From: an uncultured Planctomycetota bacterium
GTDB lineage: Bacteria > Planctomycetota > Planctomycetia > Isosphaerales > Isosphaeraceae
NCBI GenBank assembly: GCA_963823665.1
Contig: CAWGMQ010000010.1
Coordinates: 2,176,001 to 2,240,000, forward strand
Direction of reading: 5' to 3'
Length of the DNA: 64,000 bases
This document shows positions 53,301 to 64,000 of the stretch, piece by piece. A model generated the notes under the pieces. That model was not told the DNA's origin, did not search any database, and was given only the letters and a program-made list of their open reading frames with translations. Made by a program: the position numbers and the translations under genes. Every line of letters starts with the position of its first letter. Positions within the stretch are counted from its first letter, which is position 1.

Positions 53301-56300
53301 AAAGGGTATCGGATCGCTCTCCAGCGTGATCGGCTGTCCGGTCCCGTTGGGGATTTGGCGGATGACCGTGATCTGGGCCGATCCCAGCGGTACGCCTGCT
53401 GGTACATTGACCGTGATCGTGTTGTCCGTCACAGAGGTAGGCTGGGCGACAGAGTCCTGGCCGCCCTCTGCCTGGCCCGGTAAGTCTCGTCCGCCAACCT
53501 GAAACAGAACGGAAATCTGATTGAGCGTATTGCCGAATCCCTGACCATCGAGGACAAGTTGATAACCTCCGCCGGGAGCGCTCGCGAGGCCGGCGTCGGA
53601 AATCTGGGGTGGACCGTTGGTGATCGTGGACGTTGGCACCGATGCGGTGTATTGCGTCACGCCGGTTTGAGCGACATCGATCTTGACCTGGGTTGCCAGC
53701 GCACTCTGACCATCCTGGGGAACTTCGACGATGTTCACGGAATCCGAACCGGTGGGGAGCTGAATGACGAAGTGGGAGAGCAAATCGACGTAGGCGCCGA
53801 CGTTTGCCCATGCGCCCTGGGTGTCGAGCACCATGAATGAGCTGCCACCCAGCGCAAATCCGGCATCGGCCTCGAGATATCCGGACACCAGGCCGCTTTC
53901 GAGTGTGTTCACGATGGCGGCAATGTAGGTCCCTCCCTCGCGGATCCCATCGTAGGGAGGCGAGGCACTCCTTGCGAAACCGTCGGAACCGACGACTCCA
54001 TCCTCCACCTCCATCCAGGCCGGCACCATGCTGCCGGAGCCATCCGGGATCTGGTCGGCGCGATAGAAAAGGACCGGAGTCCCAGCGGCAATCCCCGGGG
54101 CGACCGGCACCGCAATCTGAACGGGGTCGGCTAGCTGCTCGTTACCCAGATCGAGCTGGAATGCCCCCGCGAAATCAAGGGCCGCCGGCAGAGACATCGG
54201 AAGATCAGCCTGAGCGACCGGCTGGATGTCCACAGTCGCGCCTTGCCCCATCGCGCCTGGCGGCACCGCGACGGTTGACCCGTCCGAACCTTGCACGATC
54301 GCTCCCGCCGGCCCGACCTGGATCGATCCGCTCTGCGGTAGTTCGACCTCGACCGGTATGACCTGCTCCGCGGGCCCGTTGATCACGGTGATCTGAGCGA
54401 TTCCCACGTTGCCCGCGTTGACGAGTCCGTCCGGGGTGACCGTGACGACATTCGGATTGCTCACAAAGTACTCGGTCCCGGTCGAGGCTGAGGTCAGGTC
54501 GATCTCGCCTCCCACGTCGATCTTGAGCTGGCGCGAACCGACATGGGCAGCCAAGCTCAAGGCCTGCGGGTAATCGTCCAGACCCAGCTTGACCAGGAGC
54601 TGCTGCGTCTGGTCAGTCGAGGTACCAACACTGACCGCCGTCGCGGCCTGGATGCCGTGGCTTGATACAAGCAGGACGGTCGTGCCGTCGGCCACGGCAT
54701 GGAGCTGGCCGCCGGCGCTGATCGTCGCGACGGACAAGTCGAGGGTCTGGAAGGTCAGGTAAGAGCTCGGCAACACAGCTCCGTTCTCGTCGGCGAAATC
54801 GCCGACGACCGTCACGTTCAAACTGTCACCGGGCTGGAGGCTGGGGGCGCGATCCTCGAAATCGAGGCTGACGAGCGGCGCAGCACTGACGTTGATTGAT
54901 ACTGTCGCCGTCGCCGAGGTCCCGTATCCGTCATCGGCCACGTACTGGAAGCTGGCCGGGCCGGTGTAGCCGGGGGCTGGGACAAAGGTGACGGTGTGAC
55001 CGTCGGGCGAGAGTGTGGCGGTCCCGTCCTCGGGATTTAGCACGCGGAAGTAGATCGGGTTGCCTTCGGGATCGGTCGCCAGGGTCGCCAGATCAACCGT
55101 GACCGCCAGGTCGATGTGTGTCGTTGCCTGGCCGGCCGTCGAGACCGGAGGCAGGTTTTCCTGGAAGCCGAGATCACTGGAGAGGAGCTGCATGTCCGTT
55201 GCGTTGATCACGCCGTCCTGGTTGGCGTCGGCAGCGGCCAGATAGCCGGGCTGGCCCACGGACGTGCCCAGGGCGCCAGCGAGGAGCTGGCCGTCGGTGC
55301 CATCGACCTTGCCGTCGCCGTTCACATCACCGGCGACGAACATGTGCAGTGTGTAGCTGCCCTTCGTTGCACCATTGGCCCCGGATACATCGAGCAGCTC
55401 GAGACCGGCCTCGCCGATGGCGTACAGGGCAAAGGAGCCGAGTGCGCTGGTGTGGCTCACGAGCGGAGTCAGGCCGACGATCAACGGCACGCCCGGCTGA
55501 AGCGCGCTGCCCGACGTCGCCTGGACGGTGATCCCCAGATAGATTTCCCCGGAGGCCGTCGAGAGGAGCTCCGAGGGACGGAAACTGAACGCGTAGCGAT
55601 CGGTCCCACCGGCGGCCAGTGTCCCGGTTTGGTTCGAGGCGAGGAACTCGCCCGAGCTGCCCAGGTCGGCGGTAAGCGGCAAGACCTGGAAGCTCGGCGC
55701 GTACTGGACCACGGCGCTTGTCCCGTTCGCGGGCGACACCGCCTCGATCAACAGGTGGATCGGTCCAGCCTGATAGCCGTACCGGCTCGACTGGCCTGAG
55801 ACCAGATTGCGAGCCGAGACGAGATTGCCTGAGCTGTCGTATGTGTAGATCACGCGCGTGCCGTCCGGCGCGATGATCGACGTGATCCGCCCCTGGGCAT
55901 CGTGCACGAACTGGATCGACTCGCCCGTCGATGCGGTGATCCCGCTATCGGAGAAGTAGAGCCGCGTGCCGTCGGGCCGGATCATTTCCTGCACTCCTTG
56001 GGCCGTGCTCAGGTCGTAGGCCGTTCCGTCGGGGGCGGTCAGGACGTATTCGGGGCCGGCATAGAGGTCAGCCGCCGGGTTGTACGCCAGCCCGGTCTTC
56101 AAGTCGTAATACCGGTTCCCGGCCTGGATGAGCGGCCCGCCGGCCGAGCTCAGCGTGTACGTCACTCCCGAGTCGGCTGTGTAGGCCGGCATGTAATACG
56201 TCAGCCCATTGATCTGTTCCTTCACCGGCGTGAAGGTGAAGCCGACGCGCTGGCCGGTCGGCAGGGTCAGGTAGACCCTTGTTCCGATCAAGAAAGGATT

Positions 56301-59300
56301 GTAGATGCCGGTCGACTCCTGTCCGGTGGGCAGGACTGTCGTCTGGATATCCGTATCCTCGACGGCCAGCCGCCAGCCGTAGCCGAATGTGCCCGACTGG
56401 TCCGCGGTGAGCGAGTCATACGTGCGGACCAGGTTGAACACCGAGCCGGCCAGGACCACCGACAGGTCGGTCTCCGTGCGGAGATACTGGGCTGGCTTGG
56501 TCGTGCTGTCAGCCTCGACCACGATCGTGGTCTGGCTGACGCGCCCCGCGATGTCGGTGGCGGTCAGACGGAGAACGTACGGACCGTTGGCCAGCACGGT
56601 CGGGTCGAACGTCGCCAGCGTCGCTGATGACACCGGGGCAGTGCCGCTGGCCAGGGTGGTGAACGTGGAGGAGCCGATCGGGGCGCGGTCGAGGACCCAG
56701 GTGTCGAGGTTCGTGTCGCTGATCGTGCCGACGATGGCCGCCGCGGCGGTCAGCCGCGCGTTGGCCAACTGGGGGCTGAAGGCGACGACGGGCGCGGTCT
56801 GGTCGCTCGGGTCAAGCACCTTGAGCACCGTCGCATACTGGCCGACGAGCCCATCGCCGTCGGTTGCCGTGGCGGTGATCGCAATCCGGCCGGGCGCCTG
56901 GGCGTGTAGGTCGCCCGGCCCTGGCTATCCAGTGTCAACGGCTGCCCGCCGACCGTCACCGACAATCCGGTGATCGGGGCAAGGCTCGAGGCCGCGACAT
57001 GGACGATCACCGATTGACCGGGCACGGCCGGGAAGCTCGGCGTCAAGACGACGATCACCTGCGGCGGTACCGCGGCGATCGTGCCCCGGAGCACGACTGG
57101 CACCGTATCGGACAGCTCACCGTCGGAGACCGAGAACTGGACGGAATAGTCGCCAATCTGAGAGGGGCCAGGTGTCCACGAAAATGCCCCTGTCTGCGGG
57201 TTTAGGCTGGACCCTTCGGGCAAGCCCAGCGCCGAGTAGGTCAAGTCGATGGGAATCCCCTGGTCGGGGTGGCTGCCCAGCAGGGTGAAGCCGAGCGGCT
57301 GGCCAACCACGGCCTGATGGTTGGTCACCACCAGACTCGGCGGCAGGTCCACCTGGTCGATGTGGACATTCACGCTGATCTGATCGCTCAGGCCGCCGGG
57401 GTCGCTGACGCCGAACTGGATCGCGTAATCGCCCGCCTGCGAATAGGTAGGGGTCCACTTGAACTGGCCCGTCATCGTGTTGAACTGCGCGCCCGAAGGC
57501 AGCCCCGAAATCACGCCGTAGGTCAACGGGTCGCCGTCGCCGTCGGCGGCTGCCAGGGTGAATTGCAGCGGTGTCCCCTCACGGCCGTCCTGCTCGACCA
57601 GCGGCACCAGCACAGGCGCCTGGTTGATCGCGGTGACGTCGATTGTCAGAGTCTGTGAGGCGGTCAGGTTGCCGTCGCTTGCGCTCAAGACGATGTTGTT
57701 GAATGTGCCCGACTGCGACAGGTTGGGCGTCCAGGTCAGGATGCCAGAAACCGGGTCGAGCGCGGCCCCGGCCGGCAGGTTGGCGGCCGAGTACGTCAGG
57801 GTGTCGTTGTCCGGGTCGGTAGCCTGGAGCGCGACGGTGAGAGTCTGCTGCTGAGCGACTGTCTGGTTGCCGACAGGAAGCAGAACCGGTGCACGGTTGC
57901 TCAGGCGGACCACAAGGTTGATGGATTGCTGGCCGGTGAGCACTTCGGCGGGATTGCCGTTGCCGTTGTCTGCGACCTGGAAGACGACGGTCGTCTCGCC
58001 CAGGGCGCTCGAGGTCGGCGTCCAGGTGACGACGGCGTCGCCGTAGGTCGAGCTGGGAGCCAATGTCGCACCGGCGGGAAGCCCAAGGGCGCTGAAGGTC
58101 AGCGGGTAAGAATTGGGGTCGGTTGCATGGATCGTGAACTGTAGCTCCTGGCCCACGACGGCGACCTTGTCGCCGATCGGGGCGAGGTGCGGTGGGGTGT
58201 CGTTGACCGTCACGATGAAGGCCTGCGAGGCGGACAGGACCGCGGCCGGGCCGCCGCCGTCGCCGTTGTCGGTGGCCGTCAAGCTGATCGTGTAATCGCC
58301 GCCGTCGTCAGGCCCGGGCGCGAAGGTGAACGTGCCGGTGCCATTGCCGTTATCGACGAACGACGCGAACGCGGGCAGACCCTGGTCGGTGGTCCCGCCG
58401 GCCGTCAAGACCATCGGGTCGCCATCGGGGTCGATCGCCTGAATGGGCAGTGTCAGTACCGCCTTATCGTCGACGGTCTGGTTGGCGATGAAAGTGATCT
58501 GCGGTGCCCGGTTGGTGTTGAGGACCGTGATCGGTACGCTCACCGAGATGGAAAGCGGCGCGCCGGTGCCGTTTCCTGGCTTGGTGGCGGTGAACGTGAC
58601 CAGGTAGCTGCCGGCGTCGGAGTAATTCGTCGGCCAGTCGAATAAGTCAGTCTGCGGGTCGAACGTCGCTCCCGCGGGCAGACCGCTGACTGTGTAGGTG
58701 ACCGTCGGATCCGTCCCTTCGAGCGCCGTCAAAGTGCCATCAGCCATCCGGTCCGGCGGCACGTAGCCGGGATTGTTGGGGTCGAATGCGAAGGCCCGGA
58801 AGTTGATGTCCTGCCCCTCGGCGACGCGCCAGGAGGACAGATCGTCAAACTGCGGTGGGGCGTCGACGGGCAGCACTGTGATCGTCGTCGTTTGTGTCAC
58901 CGAGAGCTGGCCGTCGCTGACCGTGAACGGGATCTGAAAGACCCCTTGCTGGAAGTAGGCCGGTGTCCAGTCGAAGACGCCGGTACTGGGGTCGAAGTAG
59001 GCGCCGCCGGGAAGCATGGTGCTGGAAAAGCTGAGCGGGTCGCCCTGGGGATCGCTGGCCTGGAGCGGGATGTGGACCGATTCTCCTTCGAGGACAGTGC
59101 GGTTGGCCGGCTGGACCAGTGTGGGCGGCTGTTGCGTCGGGGCGATCAAGAGGGTGGTCGCAGCGCTCACCTGGTTCACGCCGTCGCTCACGAAGAACTG
59201 AACGTCCGGGTAAGTGCCGGCCTGCCCCGGTGCGGGAATCCAGGTCAGGGTGTCGTTCGTGGTGTCGTAGACTGCACCCGGCGGCAGGTTGTCCGCCCAG

Positions 59301-62300
59301 GAGATGAGCGGCAGCCCCTGCGGGTCGGTCGCGCTCAGGGCAACCTGAAGCGTCTGATCCTCCTGGCCCGCGATCTGGAGGGGAAGCGGCTGGAGCACAG
59401 GCGGCTGGTCCACTCCACCGACCGTGATTGTATAGGACAGCGTCGCGCGGCTGCCGAGAGAGTCGTAAACCGCCAGCACGACCGGCGCAAGGGCGGGGCT
59501 GGCGATCGTGGGCAGCCAACTGACCAGGCCGCTGGTCGCGTTGACGGTCATCCCGGCCGGCCCCCTGACCAGCAGGTAGCCGAGAGTGTATTTGTTCGGA
59601 TCGTGCGCGGCGACCGGGAAGTTGTAAAGCTGGCCAGCGGTCGCCGTCGTCAGGGGTTGTGAGTCGAAGATTGGATCCGCGTTGGGCGCGGGCATAGCCA
59701 GCAGGCCGGTCTTGAACGAGAGCCTCAGCCCCGAGGGGTTGGAGAACGTGACGGTCGCGGCGGTGGTCGCCTGGCCGGGCAACAGCTTGCCGCCGGGTAC
59801 ATCGCTGCTCAGGTCGAGCCATACGGTGCCGTTCGCGGTCAGGTTCGTCGCGCCGATAACCTGGTCGTTGATCGGCTGGAGGCCGTCGAAGGTCAGGTCG
59901 AGTGGGGTCAGCAACGGGGTCGGCCCGTTGTTGGTGACGATCACGCTGTACGAGTAAGTCTTGGTTGCCGCGTTGGCCCGCCCATTGGCGAAACTGATGT
60001 TGACCTGCGACGACACGTCGTCGAGCCCGCGGAAGTGGGCCGAGAACGGCTCTGCCAGGCCGAGACCGTCGGTGCTCTGGATCGACGTGGCGACCTGGAG
60101 CGTGTAGCCGCCCGCCTCGATGGAGTCGAACGACAGGGTGGCGGTACGGCTGGATGCGTCATACACCACGGCGCTGACGGCAATGGGGCCCGCGGTGTCG
60201 CCGATGATCTGATAATTGGATGGGTTGAGGACCGAGTGAGGATCGGTGGAGGCGCCCTGGAACATGTCGTGATCGAACGTGACCGTGATGGTCCCCAGCG
60301 GCAGCCCCACCGTCGCGCCGTCGGGCGGGTTCGAGCCTGCGACGCGGGGAGCCTCGATCGGGGAGAGTATGTCGACCTGTTGAGACTGGCTGAGCAGGAT
60401 GCTGCCGAGTGCCGTTGTCTTGATCTCGTCGCCGCGGCTGCCGCCCGTGGCGACGGCCAGGGTCTGCAGCGTGGCGAGGTCGACCATCGTCAGATCGGTC
60501 CCCGCGCCCGGCGACGCCTCCTCGTCGTGGCTGATGAACAGCAGTCCCGCAAGCATGGTGCCCGGCAGGCCGAAGGCGATCGAGTCAACGTCGGTCGTGA
60601 ATTGAAACATCAGTTGGGCGTGATATTGCGGAGTGATCGGGTTGGGGGCAGGGGAATCCGGGACGAACTCGACCACGTCGTTCTGGTTCTGGGGCCAGGT
60701 CGCGGCCCAGAGTGAGCTGTCCGGGTCGAAGGCGAGGCTGCCGACCCGCAGGTCGCTGAAGTGAGCGAAGGTTTGGGTCGTGGGATTGAAGATCTCGATG
60801 CCCTTGCCCGACGAGACGTAGATCAAGCCGGTGCTCGGCTGAATGGCCAGGCTCTGGGTCAGGCTGTCGCCGTACTGGCCGATTATGGCGCCGGTCTGGG
60901 GATTGAGCTCGAGGAGCGGTCCGCCGCCGGTCGTCGCCCAGAGATTGCCGGCGGCATCGAGCGCCATGTCGTAGATCGGGAACGGCTCGGTGGCCAGAGG
61001 CGTGCCAGCCTGGCCGCCTTCGGAAGTGAACGAGAAGAGCTGGTCCCGCGCCGGGCCGCCGCTGACCAGTGCCGACCCGTCGGGGAAAGTGACGATCGCG
61101 AGCGGGCCGATGTTCGCCTCGCTCTGTGTGATGCCAGTCGCGAACGCCCGCGCGGTGAACGGCTGGAGGACCTTCTGGAACTCGGAGGGCTGGCTGACCT
61201 GAACCGGTGAGGGGATTCCCTGCTCCGCCTGGGTGAACAGCGGATTGGTCGACGGCTGCGTTGTGGGCTGCGCCGGCGTGCCGAGGTCGGTCGTCGTGGC
61301 GGGGACGGTCGGCAGAGCGCCCAAATTCGCTTGCGAGCCATCGCTGGGAACCGCGACGCCCGACGGCGGTTGCTCCTGGTTGCCGGCGTTGTCGGTCGCG
61401 AGCGCGAGGAACTGGTAGGTGTGCCCCGGCTGGCCGTCGTAGATTCCCGAAGTGGTGGTCGTCTGGTCGAGCCAGATCTGGTAGTCGCCGCCATCCTCCG
61501 CCACGTAGACCGTCACGCCCTGGACCCCCGAGCCTCCGTTGTCGTCGGTCGCGGTCCACTGCACCTGGTAGTCTGAGCTGCCCGGGACGATGGGCGTCGC
61601 CGTCAAGGTCGTCGTGGGTGCCACGGCGTCGACTGTGTTGGTGACCGTGTTCGTATCCTCCGGCGCCGACGTGTCGAAGAGTATGCTCGCCTGGGCGCTG
61701 ATCTGCGTCCCGGTGGCCACGCCGGCCAGGGGCTCGGCCGTATAGGTGACGAATCCCGAGGCATTGCTGCCCGGCGGGAGGAGTCCGCGCGACGGGTCCG
61801 TGACAACCTCGCCGGTCGCCGGGTCGATCGCCTGCAACAGCCAGGTGATTGTGTCGGACTGGATGTCGATCCCCGCGCTCACGCGGAGGATGAAACCCTC
61901 GCTCTGGGTGAAGTCGAAATCCCCCTGGAACGAGCCAACGGTATTGGGGATGTGGACCTGGAGATCGCCGATCTGAAGGTCTCCGAGCCGGAAGCTGCGC
62001 GGGTCGAGGTTGGGGTCGAGCTGGCTGACGATCCGGATCTGGCCGACGGTCGAAGTGCTGGAGGGGTTGCTGAAGTTGATCGTATAGGGAAGCGGCTGGC
62101 CCGTCGGCACGAAGTCCGGTGTGCCCGAGCCGAACGGTCCGACCAGTTGCGCCTGGCCCGTTGTCCCCTGCCCGTTCAGGAACGGCGAGAAGTCCGTGGG
62201 CTGAACCGGAACGTAGTTGGGGTTTTCGGGGTTGCTCGAGTCGATGTCGCCGTTCATATCGTAATCGTTGGCGTAATTGACATAGACCGTGAATGACTCG

Positions 62301-64000
62301 GTTTGCGTCGGGCTTGACTCCTGCAGGTCGAAGGCGCTGTTGGGCGGTGCATTGCCGGCCACGATGGTGCCCGCTGCGTCCGGGTCCGGGCTGTCGACGT
62401 AACGGCTGCCGATGTATGGGCTCGTCTGGGTCGGGTTACTGCCGTACCACTTGATGACCTGGTCGAAGAACTGGGGAAGGTTGCCGGTTGTGATGATCTG
62501 CTGCCCGGCGGGCCCGGCCAGGATGCCCGCCGCCAGAGTGTCGATCAGGGTGATGACGTCGGGATCTTGCTGGGCCGCCGGGGGCACGTCCGACGGGAGG
62601 AGGAGCCCGGCCTCTGTCAACGCGGCGAGGTAGAGATCAGTCCAGGAGGTCGGGTCGGATGCCAGCACCTGCAAAGACGCGGATGCCGTCGGATCTTGCA
62701 GGATAGCCGAGCGCAGCGTCAGCGCTTCCTGGGTCTGCTGCGCGATGAACTCGGCGGTCGTCAGCGGGGTCGCCGACGCCGTGATATCGAACTGGAACGC
62801 GGTGTCAGAGGGCGGATTCTCACTGGCGTCCGGAGGCAATCCGTCGGGGTAGGTCTGAACCGCGAGGGTCTCGCCCAGGTTCGAGCCATCGGCGAAATCG
62901 AGGGCGTAGGCAGTCGACAGGTCCTCGCCTCCGGTGTTGACCACGGGATTGACGCTCGCCCACGGGACATCGGCAACCTGCGGGTTGTCCTCCGCCCCCA
63001 GATTGGTGGTGAGTGCCAGGTACGGGTACAGGCCCGTCCCTGGATCAGTCTCGGTGATCCCGCCAAGCTCGGGGATTCCGACCTCGAACTCGACGTAGGG
63101 GATGTCGACGTTGGTCAAGCTCTCGAGCGAGAAGCCGTAGATGGCGTTCTGGCCGGCCGTCAGGACCCGCGGGCCGCCAAGCGCCACGGCGACGTCGGGA
63201 GGCAGGGCCTGCTCGACGAGATACCGATAGGGGGCAATCGCTTCAGTGCCGTCGGGGTTGATCACCACGACGTCGTACAGGCCATGCGGCGCGTTTGTGA
63301 AGTCAAAGACTGCCGTGATCGTGGTGCTGTCGACCACCTGGTAACTCACCGGCTCGTACTCGGCGATGCCCGGGCGGACCAGCTTGACGATTGCCTGGAG
63401 GTCGAACTGTGCGCCGAGGATTGTGGTGGTGACGTACTGGCCGTCGCCCCCCTCGTCGGTCTGGACGTCGGTGATCTCGAACGGCAGGACGTTGGCCACG
63501 ACGCTGACGGGCGTGTTGGCGGCCGACTCTGACTGACCGCGCACCAGGATGAGATATTCGCCAGCCTGGGTCGAGGGAATGACCGCGAACTGGTTGGCTT
63601 GCAGCGCCCCCTGGTAGGCGGCGTCGTACTCGGAGCCGCTCGGCACGGCCTGGTAGCGCAGGTACAGTTCGTTGGAGGCGGATGCATCGGACGAGGTCAG
63701 GTCAACCCGGAGCGTCTGGCCGAGCCCGACCTGGACCTCGTACACTCTGTCCTGGCCGGTGCTCAGGGTTGTCTGTACCGGCACTCCCAGTTGCAACTCG
63801 GGGACGGTCACGTTCACGACGTCGGCCGAAGCGGTGGTGTTGTTCAGGTAGTTGCTCTCGACGACCTCATCGAAAATGTCGGTGCGGACGATGATCCGAT
63901 ATTGGCCGGCGGCGGCGTCCGGCAAGTTTGCGTTGAGAGTGGAGGTGTACGTGCCGCCCGGGAGCACCGTCCCGCTGTAGACCACCTGGCCGATCAAAGG
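47377..64000 (-). CDS. Giant RHS/YD-repeat protein (>5500 aa, 5'-truncated): CARDB/Ig-like, FN3-like, putative Ig repeats, dockerin-like, beta-propellers, RHS core and C-terminal tip; frameshifts near 56900 and 53143
   Basis: ORFs 56750..63997, 53061..56828 and 47377..53064 join by single-base shifts (TYTP/QAPGRIAITATATD; VGA/SRPTYLALTHDD). LPAGAxFDPxTGxFxWTP repeats; GDVNGDGKVD/ADANQDGVIN; YD repeats; [32 protein letters not shown]...YRYAGNSPTVRIDPSGL. Confidence 0.92.
49420..50230 (-). repeat. Coding tandem YD repeats (21/42-aa period) within the RHS gene
   Basis: gtcgtgct(g/c)gt(c/t)acgttgccgtcggcatcgta recurs near 49614, 49866 and 49991 (YDADGNVTSTTDP). Confidence 0.8.

Noticed and set aside
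53130..56910. Programmed frameshifting in the giant RHS gene
   Set aside because: No slippery heptamers, and similar shifts occur in unrelated genes including rsmH.

Overview
GC-rich bacterial DNA, most likely a planctomycete of the Isosphaeraceae type. Supporting signs are an 'ERLEDRLML' planctomycete export signal, an ECF sigma/Ser-Thr kinase pair, a PVC-type CxxCH protein, Uma2 and a PEP-CTERM protein. Two giant secreted proteins dominate the window. The first (~2570 aa, 3888-11595) is a transglutaminase-like/Ig/LVIVD protein with Ser at the catalytic Cys position and an internal, lower-GC hydrophobic 'payload' cassette; it lies between two exact 31-bp direct repeats that look like attL/attR in the 3' end of a DUF4166 gene. 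The second (>5500 aa, 47377 to beyond 64000) is an Ig/dockerin/RHS protein ending in a glycine-zipper-like tip, with no obvious immunity gene and a PEP-CTERM gene downstream. Between them are ordinary metabolic, envelope and signalling genes, rsmH coupled to a membrane-anchored LysM protein, and patches of decayed gene fragments. About nine single-base frameshifts, one in rsmH, most likely reflect long-read indel errors. No rRNA, tRNA, CRISPR array, integrase or transposase was recognised. All family assignments come from motif recognition by eye, not database searches.
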